Positions 19,644 through 29,430 of a stretch of 63,911 bases of DNA are shown here, one piece after another; the stretch's first letter is position 1; each line of letters opens with the position of its first letter. The position numbers and the translations under genes are program-made. Origin of the DNA: Bradyrhizobium sp. GTDB taxonomy: Bacteria; Pseudomonadota; Alphaproteobacteria; Rhizobiales; Xanthobacteraceae. Where the stretch lies: contig NZ_JAFATE010000506.1 in assembly GCF_019244115.1 (NCBI RefSeq), positions 1 through 63,911 of the forward strand, in the 5' to 3' direction. The notes below the pieces were generated by a model, which was given only the letters and a program-made list of their open reading frames with translations, ran no database searches and was not told the DNA's origin.

Positions 19644-20798
19644 ATGAGACATGCATTGAATATATTGGCGCCGACCCGTTATCCGTGGCTGTTCAACTCA
19701 CCCAAGCATTCCACGCACAACATCTCCATTCGAAACTTCCTGCCCCTCAATTACATTCATACATCAATCGAAGGCGCAACGATTTTCAGCCCGTTTCCGC
19801 TTCGCAGATTCGATCTCATACATGCCTTCAACCGCATTCCTATTGGCGTGACGCCCTTCGTGATCGGCTACGAGTCGCATCTCCCTCGCGTCTTCGGCCG
19901 CGAAGATTGGAAGATCTTTGCAATCCTTTCGAGAATGCTTGCCGGCCAGAGATGCCGGAAGATCGTGGCAATCTCGGAGATTGCCCGCCGCCAATTCCTG
20001 CACCAGCATGCCGGCAGGCCGTGGCTTGACGATATTGCCCCCAAACTCACCGTTCGCTATCCTAATATCCTCATTCCCCCTGAGGCAGATGGTTTCGACC
20101 CGTCACAACCGGAAACCATCAAGCTGGTCTTCGTAGGCAATCACTTTTTACGCAAAGGCGGTCTCGTTGCCGTGCGCGCCGCTCAGCTCGCGCACGAACT
20201 TGGCTTTCCGCTCAAGGTCGACATCGTTTCCGGGCTCGACGTGGGGGCCGGCTCATGGATAGGTCCGTCGCGCCCGGAATTCTTCGAGGCATATCGTCGG
20301 CTTATCGACACGCTTCCCAACGTCACGTCGCATGGCTCGTTGCCAAACCCCGCCGTCCTGGAATTGATCAGGCAATCGCATTTTCTTCTTCTGACGACTT
20401 TCAGCGATACCTTTGGTTACAGCGCAATCGAAGCAATGGCGCGCTACACCCCCGTTATTGCGACGAACATAGGGGCGCTGCCGGAATTCATTGAAGATCA
20501 GGTCAACGGCATCTTGCTCTCTCTGGACAGGAACGAGATGGGAGAATGGAAGTATGAGGGGAACACCGAGAGGCACCTTCCTTGGTACGAGGCGATGTTT
20601 CGCGACGAAGTCGAGCGGCTTGCCGGCGAGCTCCTCGAGAAAGTTCAAGCCTGCGTCAAGAACCAGTCAACCTATCGCAGCATGCGAGCGAAGGCCCGTG
20701 CCACCGCAGAAGCACTCTTCGCCCCTGGCGATGCGGAACGGTTCTGGGATGACCTGTATCGCGAGGCTGTGGGTCGTCGGCCCCAAGCCGGCGAGTAA
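19644..20798 (+). CDS. glycosyltransferase family 4
   Basis: FVGNHFLRKGG, DTFGYSAIEAM, PVIATNIGALPE. Confidence 0.92.
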   Translation: MRHALNILAPTRYPWLFNSPKHSTHNISIRNFLPLNYIHTSIEGATIFSPFPLRRFDLIHAFNRIPIGVTPFVIGYESHLPRVFGREDWKIFAILSRMLAGQRCRKIVAISEIARRQFLHQHAGRPWLDDIAPKLTVRYPNILIPPEADGFDPSQPETIKLVFVGNHFLRKGGLVAVRAAQLAHELGFPLKVDIVSGLDVGAGSWIGPSRPEFFEAYRRLIDTLPNVTSHGSLPNPAVLELIRQSHFLLLTTFSDTFGYSAIEAMARYTPVIATNIGALPEFIEDQVNGILLSLDRNEMGEWKYEGNTERHLPWYEAMFRDEVERLAGELLEKVQACVKNQSTYRSMRAKARATAEALFAPGDAERFWDDLYREAVGRRPQAGE

Positions 20799-20812
20799 CT
20801 TCGCGCGCACTC

Positions 20813-21874
20813 TTATGACAGTCCGAGTGACCTCTTGCTCCTGATCATGAGCTGCTCCAAGAGACAGCGCATCAGATAGACGGACGTAGTCCAGCGAAGG
20901 AAAAAAGGCGCGAGAAAGGCCGCTAAGCTTCGCGCTTTTACGGCGTCAATCACATTGAGCCATTGCACGCGCGCATCGATGGATTCGAAGTGCTTGCGCG
21001 CAAGCCTCTTGTCCAGCTTCGACAGGGTCGGCAACGTCTGAAGTGACCTGGCGCTATCGCGCAGGCACTCCAGATCGTGCTTCGAGTGCTTGCCGCTAAG
21101 CGAATCCGCCCGAATGACCGAAACATATGTGCGGGCCGGAATGACCCTGAAAACGGCCCCGGCACCTAGCGCTCTGGCGTAGAGTGCGAAATCCTCTCCC
21201 AAGCGCAACTGTTCCGGATACCGCAGCTGGTTCGTGTCCAAGAACGACCTGCGCATGATGGGCTTGAGAAAACCGAATTCCTTCCTGAGGCGGCCCCCCC
21301 TGCTGATGTTGTTCGCAACGAAGATCGCAAAGTCGAGGGTCATGACGGTGTCATGACCGATGAGGGCATCGCCGAACAGGTCAGGATCCTGACCCTGCTT
21401 CACCTGGATCTGATCGTCCGCGACGAAGTCAGCTCCCTCGGAAGCATCAAGAAGCGCCTTTATCCGGCCAGGACAAAAATAGTCGTCCGCATCCAGGACC
21501 GCGACCCAAGGCGCACTGGATAATTCCAGGCCGCGGTTGCGCGCGACCGACGGCCCCTTGTTTTGACCCAATCGCTGAAGAACAATCCGGGCCCCGATCC
21601 TGTCTTTGATAGCTTCGACCACCGCATACGTGCCGTCGGTGGATCCATCATCGATGACGATGACCTGGCTGACATGATCGTCCGACAATGCCGACTGCAC
21701 CGCTCTTTCGATCGTGGCGGCTCCGTTCCACGTCGCGATCACGACGTCCACATATGCCGACCCGCACGATTGGGATAAATTGGTGATCACGAGCCTCGAA
21801 TTCCCGAACAAGCCGCGCTCTCTCTCCGGCCGCGCAGATATCCACTGCTCCAATCGAGCAGCAGGACCTTTCAA
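20813..21874 (-). CDS. exoU: glycosyltransferase family 2, ExoU-like; start uncertain
   Basis: VVIATWN..TIERAVQSAL, IDDGSTD, VLDADD, GFLKP, LRLGEDFALYARAL; in the exoLAO operon. Confidence 0.75.
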   Translation of the reverse strand: MKGPAARLEQWISARPERERGLFGNSRLVITNLSQSCGSAYVDVVIATWNGAATIERAVQSALSDDHVSQVIVIDDGSTDGTYAVVEAIKDRIGARIVLQRLGQNKGPSVARNRGLELSSAPWVAVLDADDYFCPGRIKALLDASEGADFVADDQIQVKQGQDPDLFGDALIGHDTVMTLDFAIFVANNISRGGRLRKEFGFLKPIMRRSFLDTNQLRYPEQLRLGEDFALYARALGAGAVFRVIPARTYVSVIRADSLSGKHSKHDLECLRDSARSLQTLPTLSKLDKRLARKHFESIDARVQWLNVIDAVKARSLAAFLAPFFLRWTTSVYLMRCLLEQLMIRSKRSLGLS

Positions 21875-22127
21875 CGGGCGGAATTTCTATCCGTGCTCGA
21901 CTTCGGCCGCTACGATATTCCGTGTCGGCCGCTCGAATGGACAGTCCAGCTTTGTTTTCAACGTCCTAGTTCCAAATACCCTGGCCTTCCATGGTTAACA
22001 CGAGAGCGGGACATCGTCACAAGAACTCGTCGACAATGATACCGGCGGGATGGTCCCTGCCCGGGCCACACCGCCGCAGGCCATGCCGCATGACGGATCG
22101 AAATCAGCGCTCTCTGACACGTGCTCA

Positions 22128-23159
22128 TCAGTTCTGCAACCGCCGTTCCGTGGCGTGCTCGTGCTGATCCGAAATGGTTCGCGGCCCGAAGACCTTCGGG
22201 CCGGAGCGGAGACGTTTGAAAAACTGCCCGAGCGAAAGCCTCAGCAGCCAGGCCGCGGCGGGATCGGCTGCGGCCAACGTTGCCGCTTTCATCAGTTGTC
22301 GTGACTTGATGGCTTCGACCAGTTCCTCAAAAGCGAGTGCCCGCCGGATCGAGCGTTCACGCGCGCGGAACAGGGGCTGCAGAGAGGCCTGGGGCCATCG
22401 CTCTGCCCAACCTTTCTCGGCTTCGAGAATGCCCTCGAGCGCCTTGGGGTTGAGGCGATGCGAAATCGAGCCGCTGTGCCTGCGGTAGAAATAGCCGGCG
22501 TAGGTTATGGTGAGAAAAGCCGCCCCGGCCATGAGGAGCTGAAATACGAAATTGTAGTCCTCCGCAATTGTCAACCGTTCGTCATAACGCAGGTTCTGCT
22601 TGTCGATGATCGATGCCCGAAACAAGGGTTTGAGATACCCGAGAGCCGGCCCCTTCCCGTAGAAATTGTTGGTTGCCAGATAATCCTCGGGAGCAACCCA
22701 GTATGAGGCCTCCGACCATCGCCCACCCAGCAACGACTGTGAAGGTGCCCGGTAGTCGGTATCGAAAAACAGCAGGTCGTCGGCCACGATGTCGGCGTTG
22801 CTCTTCACGCCTTCTTCGATTAACCGCGAGAGCCGATCGGGATGCATGACATCGTCGCTGTCCAGGACGCCGATCCACCGGCCTCTGGCGACCTCGAGAG
22901 CCCGGTTGCGAGCTGCCGCAGGACCGCCGTTCACGCTGGACTCGATGAGGCGAATTCGGCTGTCTTTGGCGCTCAGTGCCTTCACGATCTGAACGCTGGA
23001 GTCGCTCGACGCATCGTCCGAGACGATGATTTCGATAGTCCGAAGGCTCTGGTTGCATGCCGAGCGGACGGCATCGGCAAGAAATTGCTCGCCGTTGTAG
23101 TTCGCCACGATGACACTGACGTCGACTACAGGCGATCCGTTGTTAAGCCGCCCTATCAT
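22128..23159 (-). CDS. exoO: glycosyltransferase family 2, ExoO-like
   Basis: NGGPAAARN, GRWIGVLDSDD..HPDRL, ADIVADDL, LGYLKP, SGSIS. Confidence 0.78.
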   Translation of the reverse strand: MIGRLNNGSPVVDVSVIVANYNGEQFLADAVRSACNQSLRTIEIIVSDDASSDSSVQIVKALSAKDSRIRLIESSVNGGPAAARNRALEVARGRWIGVLDSDDVMHPDRLSRLIEEGVKSNADIVADDLLFFDTDYRAPSQSLLGGRWSEASYWVAPEDYLATNNFYGKGPALGYLKPLFRASIIDKQNLRYDERLTIAEDYNFVFQLLMAGAAFLTITYAGYFYRRHSGSISHRLNPKALEGILEAEKGWAERWPQASLQPLFRARERSIRRALAFEELVEAIKSRQLMKAATLAAADPAAAWLLRLSLGQFFKRLRSGPKVFGPRTISDQHEHATERRLQN

Positions 23160-23174
23160 TGATCCATACCAATC

Positions 23175-24209
23175 TTACGTGATGGCGCTCTGGGCGTCGC
23201 GGCTCGATCGCCGCCCCCCGGCGCGCAGCGCCTGTGAAATGAACCCAAATGAAAACCCAAGGTGCATCAGCAGCGCTGCCGCTCCTGCGCCACAGGCGCA
23301 CCTGCTCCTGTTGCGAACGCCGAGCGCAAGCCCATACGAGATGCCGGCAATCGCCCAGAGCATGGCAGGGATTGCCAACAACGGAGTCAAAGGCCACAGC
23401 AGCGACATGGCGACGGCCGGGCCGACCAAAACTGGAAGGACCTGCCGCAGCTTCGGCTTGGTGCGATGCTTCAAGATCGTCATCGCCCGACCGCGTCCAA
23501 AATTCCTGTACTGATTGAAAAGCGAGGCCGGGCTCTTTCTCGGGTAATAGGTGATCTCGGCGCCGGCGCACAGATAGATCCGAAATCCAGCAGCGATGAG
23601 CCTGCGGTCGAGCTCGGCGTCCTCGTTGTGCGAGAACGACTCATCATATCCTCCCACCGAGCGGAACGCGTTCACGTCCATCAGCGCATGATGCCCATGA
23701 TCGACGTACCCGCCCTGCGCAAGCCTGCGGTGCACCGAGCCTCCATTGCCCAACTTCGAATTCTGCGCGGCCGCGGCGGCGACCTGAAAGCAGGTAACCC
23801 CCTTGGCGATCATGCTAACAACGACCGCTTCGGCCCCCGTCATCTGCTGAGCCGCGAGCAACCTCTTGCAGAATCCGGGGGGATAGTCCGCGTGTGCGTC
23901 GGCTCGAATGATGAAGCGCGCCAGGTGCCCATATTGCTCGACAGCCCTGTTCAAGGCGCTGCTCTGGATTCGCCGGTTGTTACGCAGCAGGACGACCCGG
24001 TTGTCGCGGAGCGCGCATTGCTCCACGATCTTGACCGTCCGGTCCGTGCTGCCGCCATCCGAAACCACGATCTTCCGCACCGCGTCATAGGGCTCCGCCA
24101 TGAAGTGAGCGAGCGTCTTCTCGATATGCTCCTCTTCATTGAGACAAGGAACCACGACAACGACACCATCCGGCGAGCGAGCGGCCTCAAATGTTGACAT
24201 GTTCGACAT
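23175..24209 (-). CDS. exoA: succinoglycan-type glucosyltransferase ExoA
   Basis: PCLNEEEHI, DGGSTD, DAHADYP, SKLGNGGSVHR, VDHGHHALM, FSHNEDAELD, KPKLRQ. Confidence 0.9.
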   Translation of the reverse strand: MSNMSTFEAARSPDGVVVVVPCLNEEEHIEKTLAHFMAEPYDAVRKIVVSDGGSTDRTVKIVEQCALRDNRVVLLRNNRRIQSSALNRAVEQYGHLARFIIRADAHADYPPGFCKRLLAAQQMTGAEAVVVSMIAKGVTCFQVAAAAAQNSKLGNGGSVHRRLAQGGYVDHGHHALMDVNAFRSVGGYDESFSHNEDAELDRRLIAAGFRIYLCAGAEITYYPRKSPASLFNQYRNFGRGRAMTILKHRTKPKLRQVLPVLVGPAVAMSLLWPLTPLLAIPAMLWAIAGISYGLALGVRNRSRCACGAGAAALLMHLGFSFGFISQALRAGGRRSSRDAQSAIT

Positions 24210-25347
24210 CCGGCTCGAACGAAACCTTGGGCTTCTCGAGTGCTTCGAGCAGCCGCTGGCAGCTTTCCCTCCCGTCGGCCAATTCGGTCAGTGGTACGCT
24301 TCGTAGAGCGCCGGCCAGCTCTCGATAGCGCTGATCAGTCAGCGTCTCAAGGAAATTGCGCAACGCCAGTTCAGGCTGACCTTCGAGGATCACCCCGATT
24401 TTCCTTTGCCCAAGCCAGCATGCTGTTTCAACGCCCTCGACGGCAATCGGAACCGCCCCAAAAAATGAACTCTCGTAAACGCGATTGGGGAGCAACCAGG
24501 TGGAATTCGCTCCCTGTTCGAAGAAGTCCACCGCCCAACTGAAATGCACATCGCTATAAAGCGGTGCCAAGTCGTCAGGCCGATAAGGTCCGGTATACCT
24601 GACATGCGGAGACGCGCCGACGAGCGCTTCGAAATCCGGAAATTCCTTTGGAGACGGACGGCCGGCGATCCTGACCTGGAGGCTGCCGCCCGCATCCCGC
24701 GCCGCCGATCTAAGAATTTCGAAACTTCGACGGCACCTTATCATGCCGAACCAGCCGATTTTCCAGGGCGGCCCGACTGGCTGCGAAGACCAGCTCGGAG
24801 GGCCGATGCCAGGGTTGGAAAGGAGGACCTTGTTCTCGACAATTCTTATGGGACGGTTGAACTTTCTTGGCCCAAAATATTCGGAGATGAAGCGCGGTGA
24901 ACTGGTCAATATCAGGTCCACCTTGCGCATCAGACCAGACTCGATCGATCGCAGCAGGCCTCCCGCCAGACCCTTGCCCAGCAATATTCGATGGATGTCG
25001 AGGCACTCGAATACCAAGCTGGCACCGGGGACGTAACGACGACGGGCTTCTACGGCCAGAAGCAACATTTCCAGGTTTCGTGCGAGCACCACTCGGCAGC
25101 CGCGCACAGCCTTCCGGAGCCGCCTCAGCCGCATCGCCGCCAAGGCAATCGAGCCGACCCTTGCAAGCAATGCACCGTCCCTGGTCGGGCCGAGATCAAT
25201 CGTCTCGCAGCCCTCAACGTTGGTCATTGGCGCTGCGGTTCGCCTGAACCCGATGACGACGATCTGGGCCGATGCGATCTTCAGCATCCGCAGCCGTCGA
25301 TGTACGGCGGGATCTGAAAGATCATGTACCAAATATGCGATCTTCAG
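24187..25347 (-). CDS. exoL: succinoglycan-type glucosyltransferase ExoL
   Basis: YLVHDLSDPAVHRR, LARNLEML, ECLDIHR, IGWFGMIRC, DFFEQGANSTWLLPNRVYE; probable CTG start at 25347 (TTG at 25332 is the alternative). Confidence 0.9.
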   Translation of the reverse strand: MKIAYLVHDLSDPAVHRRLRMLKIASAQIVVIGFRRTAAPMTNVEGCETIDLGPTRDGALLARVGSIALAAMRLRRLRKAVRGCRVVLARNLEMLLLAVEARRRYVPGASLVFECLDIHRILLGKGLAGGLLRSIESGLMRKVDLILTSSPRFISEYFGPRKFNRPIRIVENKVLLSNPGIGPPSWSSQPVGPPWKIGWFGMIRCRRSFEILRSAARDAGGSLQVRIAGRPSPKEFPDFEALVGASPHVRYTGPYRPDDLAPLYSDVHFSWAVDFFEQGANSTWLLPNRVYESSFFGAVPIAVEGVETACWLGQRKIGVILEGQPELALRNFLETLTDQRYRELAGALRSVPLTELADGRESCQRLLEALEKPKVSFEPDVEHVNI

Positions 25348-25620
25348 TTTAGCACTCCCGCGCCAGGGAACTTGAGATCATGCACTTCACTATAACATTT
25401 CATAAGGAGCCATGCAGGATTTTGCGTAAATGGCGCCTATCGATCGACTAAAGGGCTCACGCAAAGCCCGAAAAACGGCCATTACTATGTCGGCGGAGGT
25501 GTGATTGGATTCCACCTCCTTGTCATGATAGATTTGGTTTAGCAATTGGTTTGGGAGCTGCAACGCGAACCGGGGTTGGTCCTCACGAACTATGGTTAAC
25601 TCGTCGCGGATTCAGGACCC

Positions 25621-27864
25621 ATGAACCTAGCCAGACCATTCCAGCGGTATGCCGCAACGCCGACCGCAGCCGGCTCCACCGGTGCGGCCTGGCAACTGTT
25701 GCAGGTGAAGGATTTTCTCGGTCGGCAATGGCGGCTGATTGCGCTCGCGCTTGCGGTCGCGCTCGCGCTGGCCGGCGTGTACCTTTCGGTGACACCTGCG
25801 CGGTACACCGCGCGTCTCGATCTGGTTATCGACACCAAACGGATCACCTGGTCCAATTCCGAATTGTCAACCGAAAACCGCATCGTCGAGGACGCGTCGG
25901 TCGAAAGCGAAATCGAAGCAACACAATCGGAGAACATCATACTCTTGGTGGTAAAGCGGCTGCACCTTGACGAGGATGCCGAATTTGCCAGAACCAGCCC
26001 CGGCTTGCGCCAACGCCTTCTCGCATTCCTGAAACTGGCGCCGGCTGCCGCGCCCGAGGATTCAAAAGAACAGCTGACGCGAAACGCTGTCGACGCTTTG
26101 CGACGCAATCTGGACGTCACCCGGATCGGACGCAGTTATATCGAGCAGATCGCGTTCACCTCGCTCGATCCCGACAAGGCAGCCAAGATCGCCAACGGAT
26201 TTGCCGATGCTTATATCGAAGACCAGCTGCAGGCGAAGTTCGACGCGACCCATCGCGCAAGTCTCTGGCTGGAGCAACGGATAGGCGAATTGCGGCAACA
26301 GGCGAGTGATGCCTTCAGGCAAGTTCAGGATTTCAAATCAGCAAACAGCATCATCATAGGTGGCGAAGGCAAGCTGGCCAGCGAAATCGAACTTGATCAA
26401 CTCGGCAAGGCGCTGGCAAAAGCCCGTGCAGATACCACCGAAGCCCAAGCCAAGCTTGAACGGATGACGCATGTCCTGCAACAGCGGGCAAGAAAGCAAA
26501 ACGTCGATATTCCTGACCCGGCGGTGACAGACGCGCTCAGCAATCCGGTGATCACCAAGCTGCGGCAACAGTTCTTCGACGACCAGAACAAGGACATCGA
26601 ATGGAGCGCGCGTTACGGCTCGGACCACCAAGCCACCAAGAACCTACGGGCCGAGATGGCCGCGCTCCGCCAAGCCATCTGGGATGAGATCTCGCGTATC
26701 GCCGAGAGTTACAAGAGCGAGGTCCAGATCGCGCAGAGCCAGGAAGCAGCGATCGATCAGCGGATGTCGGAGGTATTTCAGCAATCCGCCCAAACACGTC
26801 AATTGCAGGTCCGCCTGCGCGAACTCGAGACAGCCGCGAACACCTATCGCGGGCTCTACGAGACGTTCCTGACGCGTTTCACGCAATCGGTCCAGCAGCA
26901 GTCGTTTCCGTCTACTGAAGCGCGGGTGATCTCGACGGCCGCAGTAGGCACGAAAAGCCACCCGAAGACGGCATTCACGCTCATCTTGGCCAGTCTTTTC
27001 GGACTTGGCTTGGGAGTTGCGGGGGGGCTCGCCCGCGAGCAGATGAGCCGCAGGATCCGCACGCGCGCGCAGCTCGAAAGCCTGCTCGGAACCAGCTGCC
27101 TTGCGGTCGTTCCTTCCATCGGTTCCCGACTGCTTCCCCGGCGGAAGAAGGGCGCAACCAAGGACTCTGGGGCATTTCGCAAGATAACCGAGGTTGCGCC
27201 GTTTTCCGCGACCGCAGAGGCGTTTCGCTACGTCAAGGTGGCGATCGACCTCAGTCCAGCCGACAGCAAGGTCATTGGAATCGTCTCGGCGTTGCCGGGA
27301 GAAGGTAAGACCACGATCGCGGCAACCCTTGCCGCCTTTATCGCCAAGAGCGGCGCACGAGTCCTGCTGATCGATGGCGATCTGCGCAATCCCTCGATTA
27401 CCAAGTCGCTGGGCTACACCAATCATCAAGGCCTGATCGACGTGGTGGTCAACAACGCGTCCGCCAGTGACCTCGTCATCCACGACCACAAATACGAGTT
27501 CGATTTCCTGCCCTCATCGACGCGAATGAAACCGGTCAACAGTTCGGATGTCCTGACCTCGGCGGTGTTCACGAAAACGCTGAAATCGGCCGCCGATGAC
27601 TACGACTACGTGCTGGTCGACTTGCCTCCCGTTCTTGCGGTCGTCGACGTCAAGGCAGCGGCTCACCTGTTCGATGGGTTCATTCTGGTGGTGGAATGGG
27701 ACAGCACATCCAGCGACGATGTCGTCAGGGCCCTCTCCGCCTCAAGCACAGTTTCGGAACGGCTGATCGGCACCGTCCTCAATAAGGCCGACGTATCGAC
27801 CTTGCGGCGCATGGAAGGATATTCGGATCGAGACTACAAGTACTACACCAAAGATGGGATTTGA
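25621..27864 (+). CDS. exoP: Wzc/ExoP polysaccharide co-polymerase / BY tyrosine kinase (copy 1)
   Basis: Two TM segments, coiled-coil periplasmic region, Walker A SALPGEGKTT, LIDGDLRNP, VDLPP, C-terminal Tyr cluster YSDRDYKYY. Confidence 0.92.
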   Translation: MNLARPFQRYAATPTAAGSTGAAWQLLQVKDFLGRQWRLIALALAVALALAGVYLSVTPARYTARLDLVIDTKRITWSNSELSTENRIVEDASVESEIEATQSENIILLVVKRLHLDEDAEFARTSPGLRQRLLAFLKLAPAAAPEDSKEQLTRNAVDALRRNLDVTRIGRSYIEQIAFTSLDPDKAAKIANGFADAYIEDQLQAKFDATHRASLWLEQRIGELRQQASDAFRQVQDFKSANSIIIGGEGKLASEIELDQLGKALAKARADTTEAQAKLERMTHVLQQRARKQNVDIPDPAVTDALSNPVITKLRQQFFDDQNKDIEWSARYGSDHQATKNLRAEMAALRQAIWDEISRIAESYKSEVQIAQSQEAAIDQRMSEVFQQSAQTRQLQVRLRELETAANTYRGLYETFLTRFTQSVQQQSFPSTEARVISTAAVGTKSHPKTAFTLILASLFGLGLGVAGGLAREQMSRRIRTRAQLESLLGTSCLAVVPSIGSRLLPRRKKGATKDSGAFRKITEVAPFSATAEAFRYVKVAIDLSPADSKVIGIVSALPGEGKTTIAATLAAFIAKSGARVLLIDGDLRNPSITKSLGYTNHQGLIDVVVNNASASDLVIHDHKYEFDFLPSSTRMKPVNSSDVLTSAVFTKTLKSAADDYDYVLVDLPPVLAVVDVKAAAHLFDGFILVVEWDSTSSDDVVRALSASSTVSERLIGTVLNKADVSTLRRMEGYSDRDYKYYTKDGI

Positions 27865-27928
27865 CCTTAGGGCCCGGCACCGATGCGTCGATAAGCGCCC
27901 GCAGCACGCGCATTGCCGAGCCACTCCC

Positions 27929-29257
27929 TCACTTGCGCCGGCGGAAATGGGCCACCACGCTAGCGTAACAAGCCTCGGCTGAGAAGTGGTCGCGCACGAC
28001 GGCGAGTGCGCGCTCGCCATAAGCCCTCCTGAGCACGGCATCCGCGAGCAGCGTCGTGATCGCGTCCGCAAAGGCCTGGGCAGCGTCGGCGACCAATACG
28101 GCCGGCGCGACGACGCCAGCCACGCCCTGGAGTGTCGTCGGGGTTGCCACGATGGCCTTGCCTTGGCCGAGAGCCTCGATCAGCTTGATTTTCAGGCCAG
28201 AACCGCCGCGCAGCGGAGAGATCACGACAGCGGCCTCGGCATAGAGCGGGTTCAAGTCATCTACCCGCCCGAGCAGGACGACGCCGTCCGGCACGCCCGT
28301 TGGAAACGAGACAGCAACGTTGCCAGCGACCTTCAAGCGGGCCGCTTGGTTCGCCCGCCGCACCGATGGCCAGACGTCTTCGAAGAACCAGCGCAATCCA
28401 TCCACATTCGGGGTGGTGTTGCTGCCAATGAACAGGAGATCGAGCCCTTTGCCGGCCTGTGGCGCGTCGACTGGGACGGTCGCCATGGGCGCGAGCAGAA
28501 CCGGCGTACCCGGCAGCTGTTGGCGTACTTTGGCGGCTTCTTCCGCCTGAATGGCGATCACGGCGCCGGCGCGGCCAAGCATCGCCATCTCGGTATCGAA
28601 ATCGACGAGGCCGCCGGTTTGGTCGGAGCCGAGCGGCCCAAAATCGGATGGCCGGCTGGAAAAGAGATCGTGCATGACAACCGCGCTGGGCCCGCAGGGG
28701 GCAGGCACTCGCGCAATACCTTCGGTCAGGAATGCGTAGTCGACCAGGACGCCGTCGGCCTGCCTTGGCGCATGCCGTTCGACGTAGCGCAGATCGGCCG
28801 CCTCCCAGGGCAGCCCGATCGCGTACGGCGCCGGCCTGGACAGGGCCGCGATACGGATGCCCATTCGCGCCAGAACCTTGCCGAGGACTCCGACAAAAGC
28901 TCGTTTCAGCACCATAGGGTCAACGGCGACGTAGACGTTCCCGATCCGCACGGCGCGGCGGATCTTTATCGAACGGAAGATCGCCATCTCCCGTCCCATC
29001 ACCAGGGCTGGCCAGCGCCCGAACATTGTGGGAGATGGACATAACAGGTGCAGCACGTGTCCATCTTGGTGCAGCGCCTCGCACAGGCTCAGCAGATAGG
29101 TGGAGCTGCCGTTCGTATTGCCGACAATGCGTTGCCGTGACAAGACGCAGATTCCACCCGCGCGCCGCTCGCGAGCAGCGGAACGCTCGTGGTGGTCTTT
29201 GGCCTCCACTGGTGCCGGTCCGGAGGGTTCGCTGGACAGATCTCTTCCTACGCTCAA
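27929..29257 (-). CDS. glycosyltransferase family 4
   Basis: LLFIGS..PNVDGLRWF, ISPLRGGSGLKIKLIEALGQGKAIV. Confidence 0.9.
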   Translation of the reverse strand: MSVGRDLSSEPSGPAPVEAKDHHERSAARERRAGGICVLSRQRIVGNTNGSSTYLLSLCEALHQDGHVLHLLCPSPTMFGRWPALVMGREMAIFRSIKIRRAVRIGNVYVAVDPMVLKRAFVGVLGKVLARMGIRIAALSRPAPYAIGLPWEAADLRYVERHAPRQADGVLVDYAFLTEGIARVPAPCGPSAVVMHDLFSSRPSDFGPLGSDQTGGLVDFDTEMAMLGRAGAVIAIQAEEAAKVRQQLPGTPVLLAPMATVPVDAPQAGKGLDLLFIGSNTTPNVDGLRWFFEDVWPSVRRANQAARLKVAGNVAVSFPTGVPDGVVLLGRVDDLNPLYAEAAVVISPLRGGSGLKIKLIEALGQGKAIVATPTTLQGVAGVVAPAVLVADAAQAFADAITTLLADAVLRRAYGERALAVVRDHFSAEACYASVVAHFRRRK

Positions 29258-29430
29258 ATTATCTACCGTTCCGCAATCATATCATCGACAGGCGATAGCA
29301 TGCGAGCGGCCACACGCCCATGCCGGTCGGGGAAACTCTTCGCGAGATCAAGGATGCAAGTAAGAGCACGTGCGGCTGGTTTGCCGCTTCGTCCGGGGCG
29401 CGTTTCCCGGCGCGGCGGCCATCGATGGTC

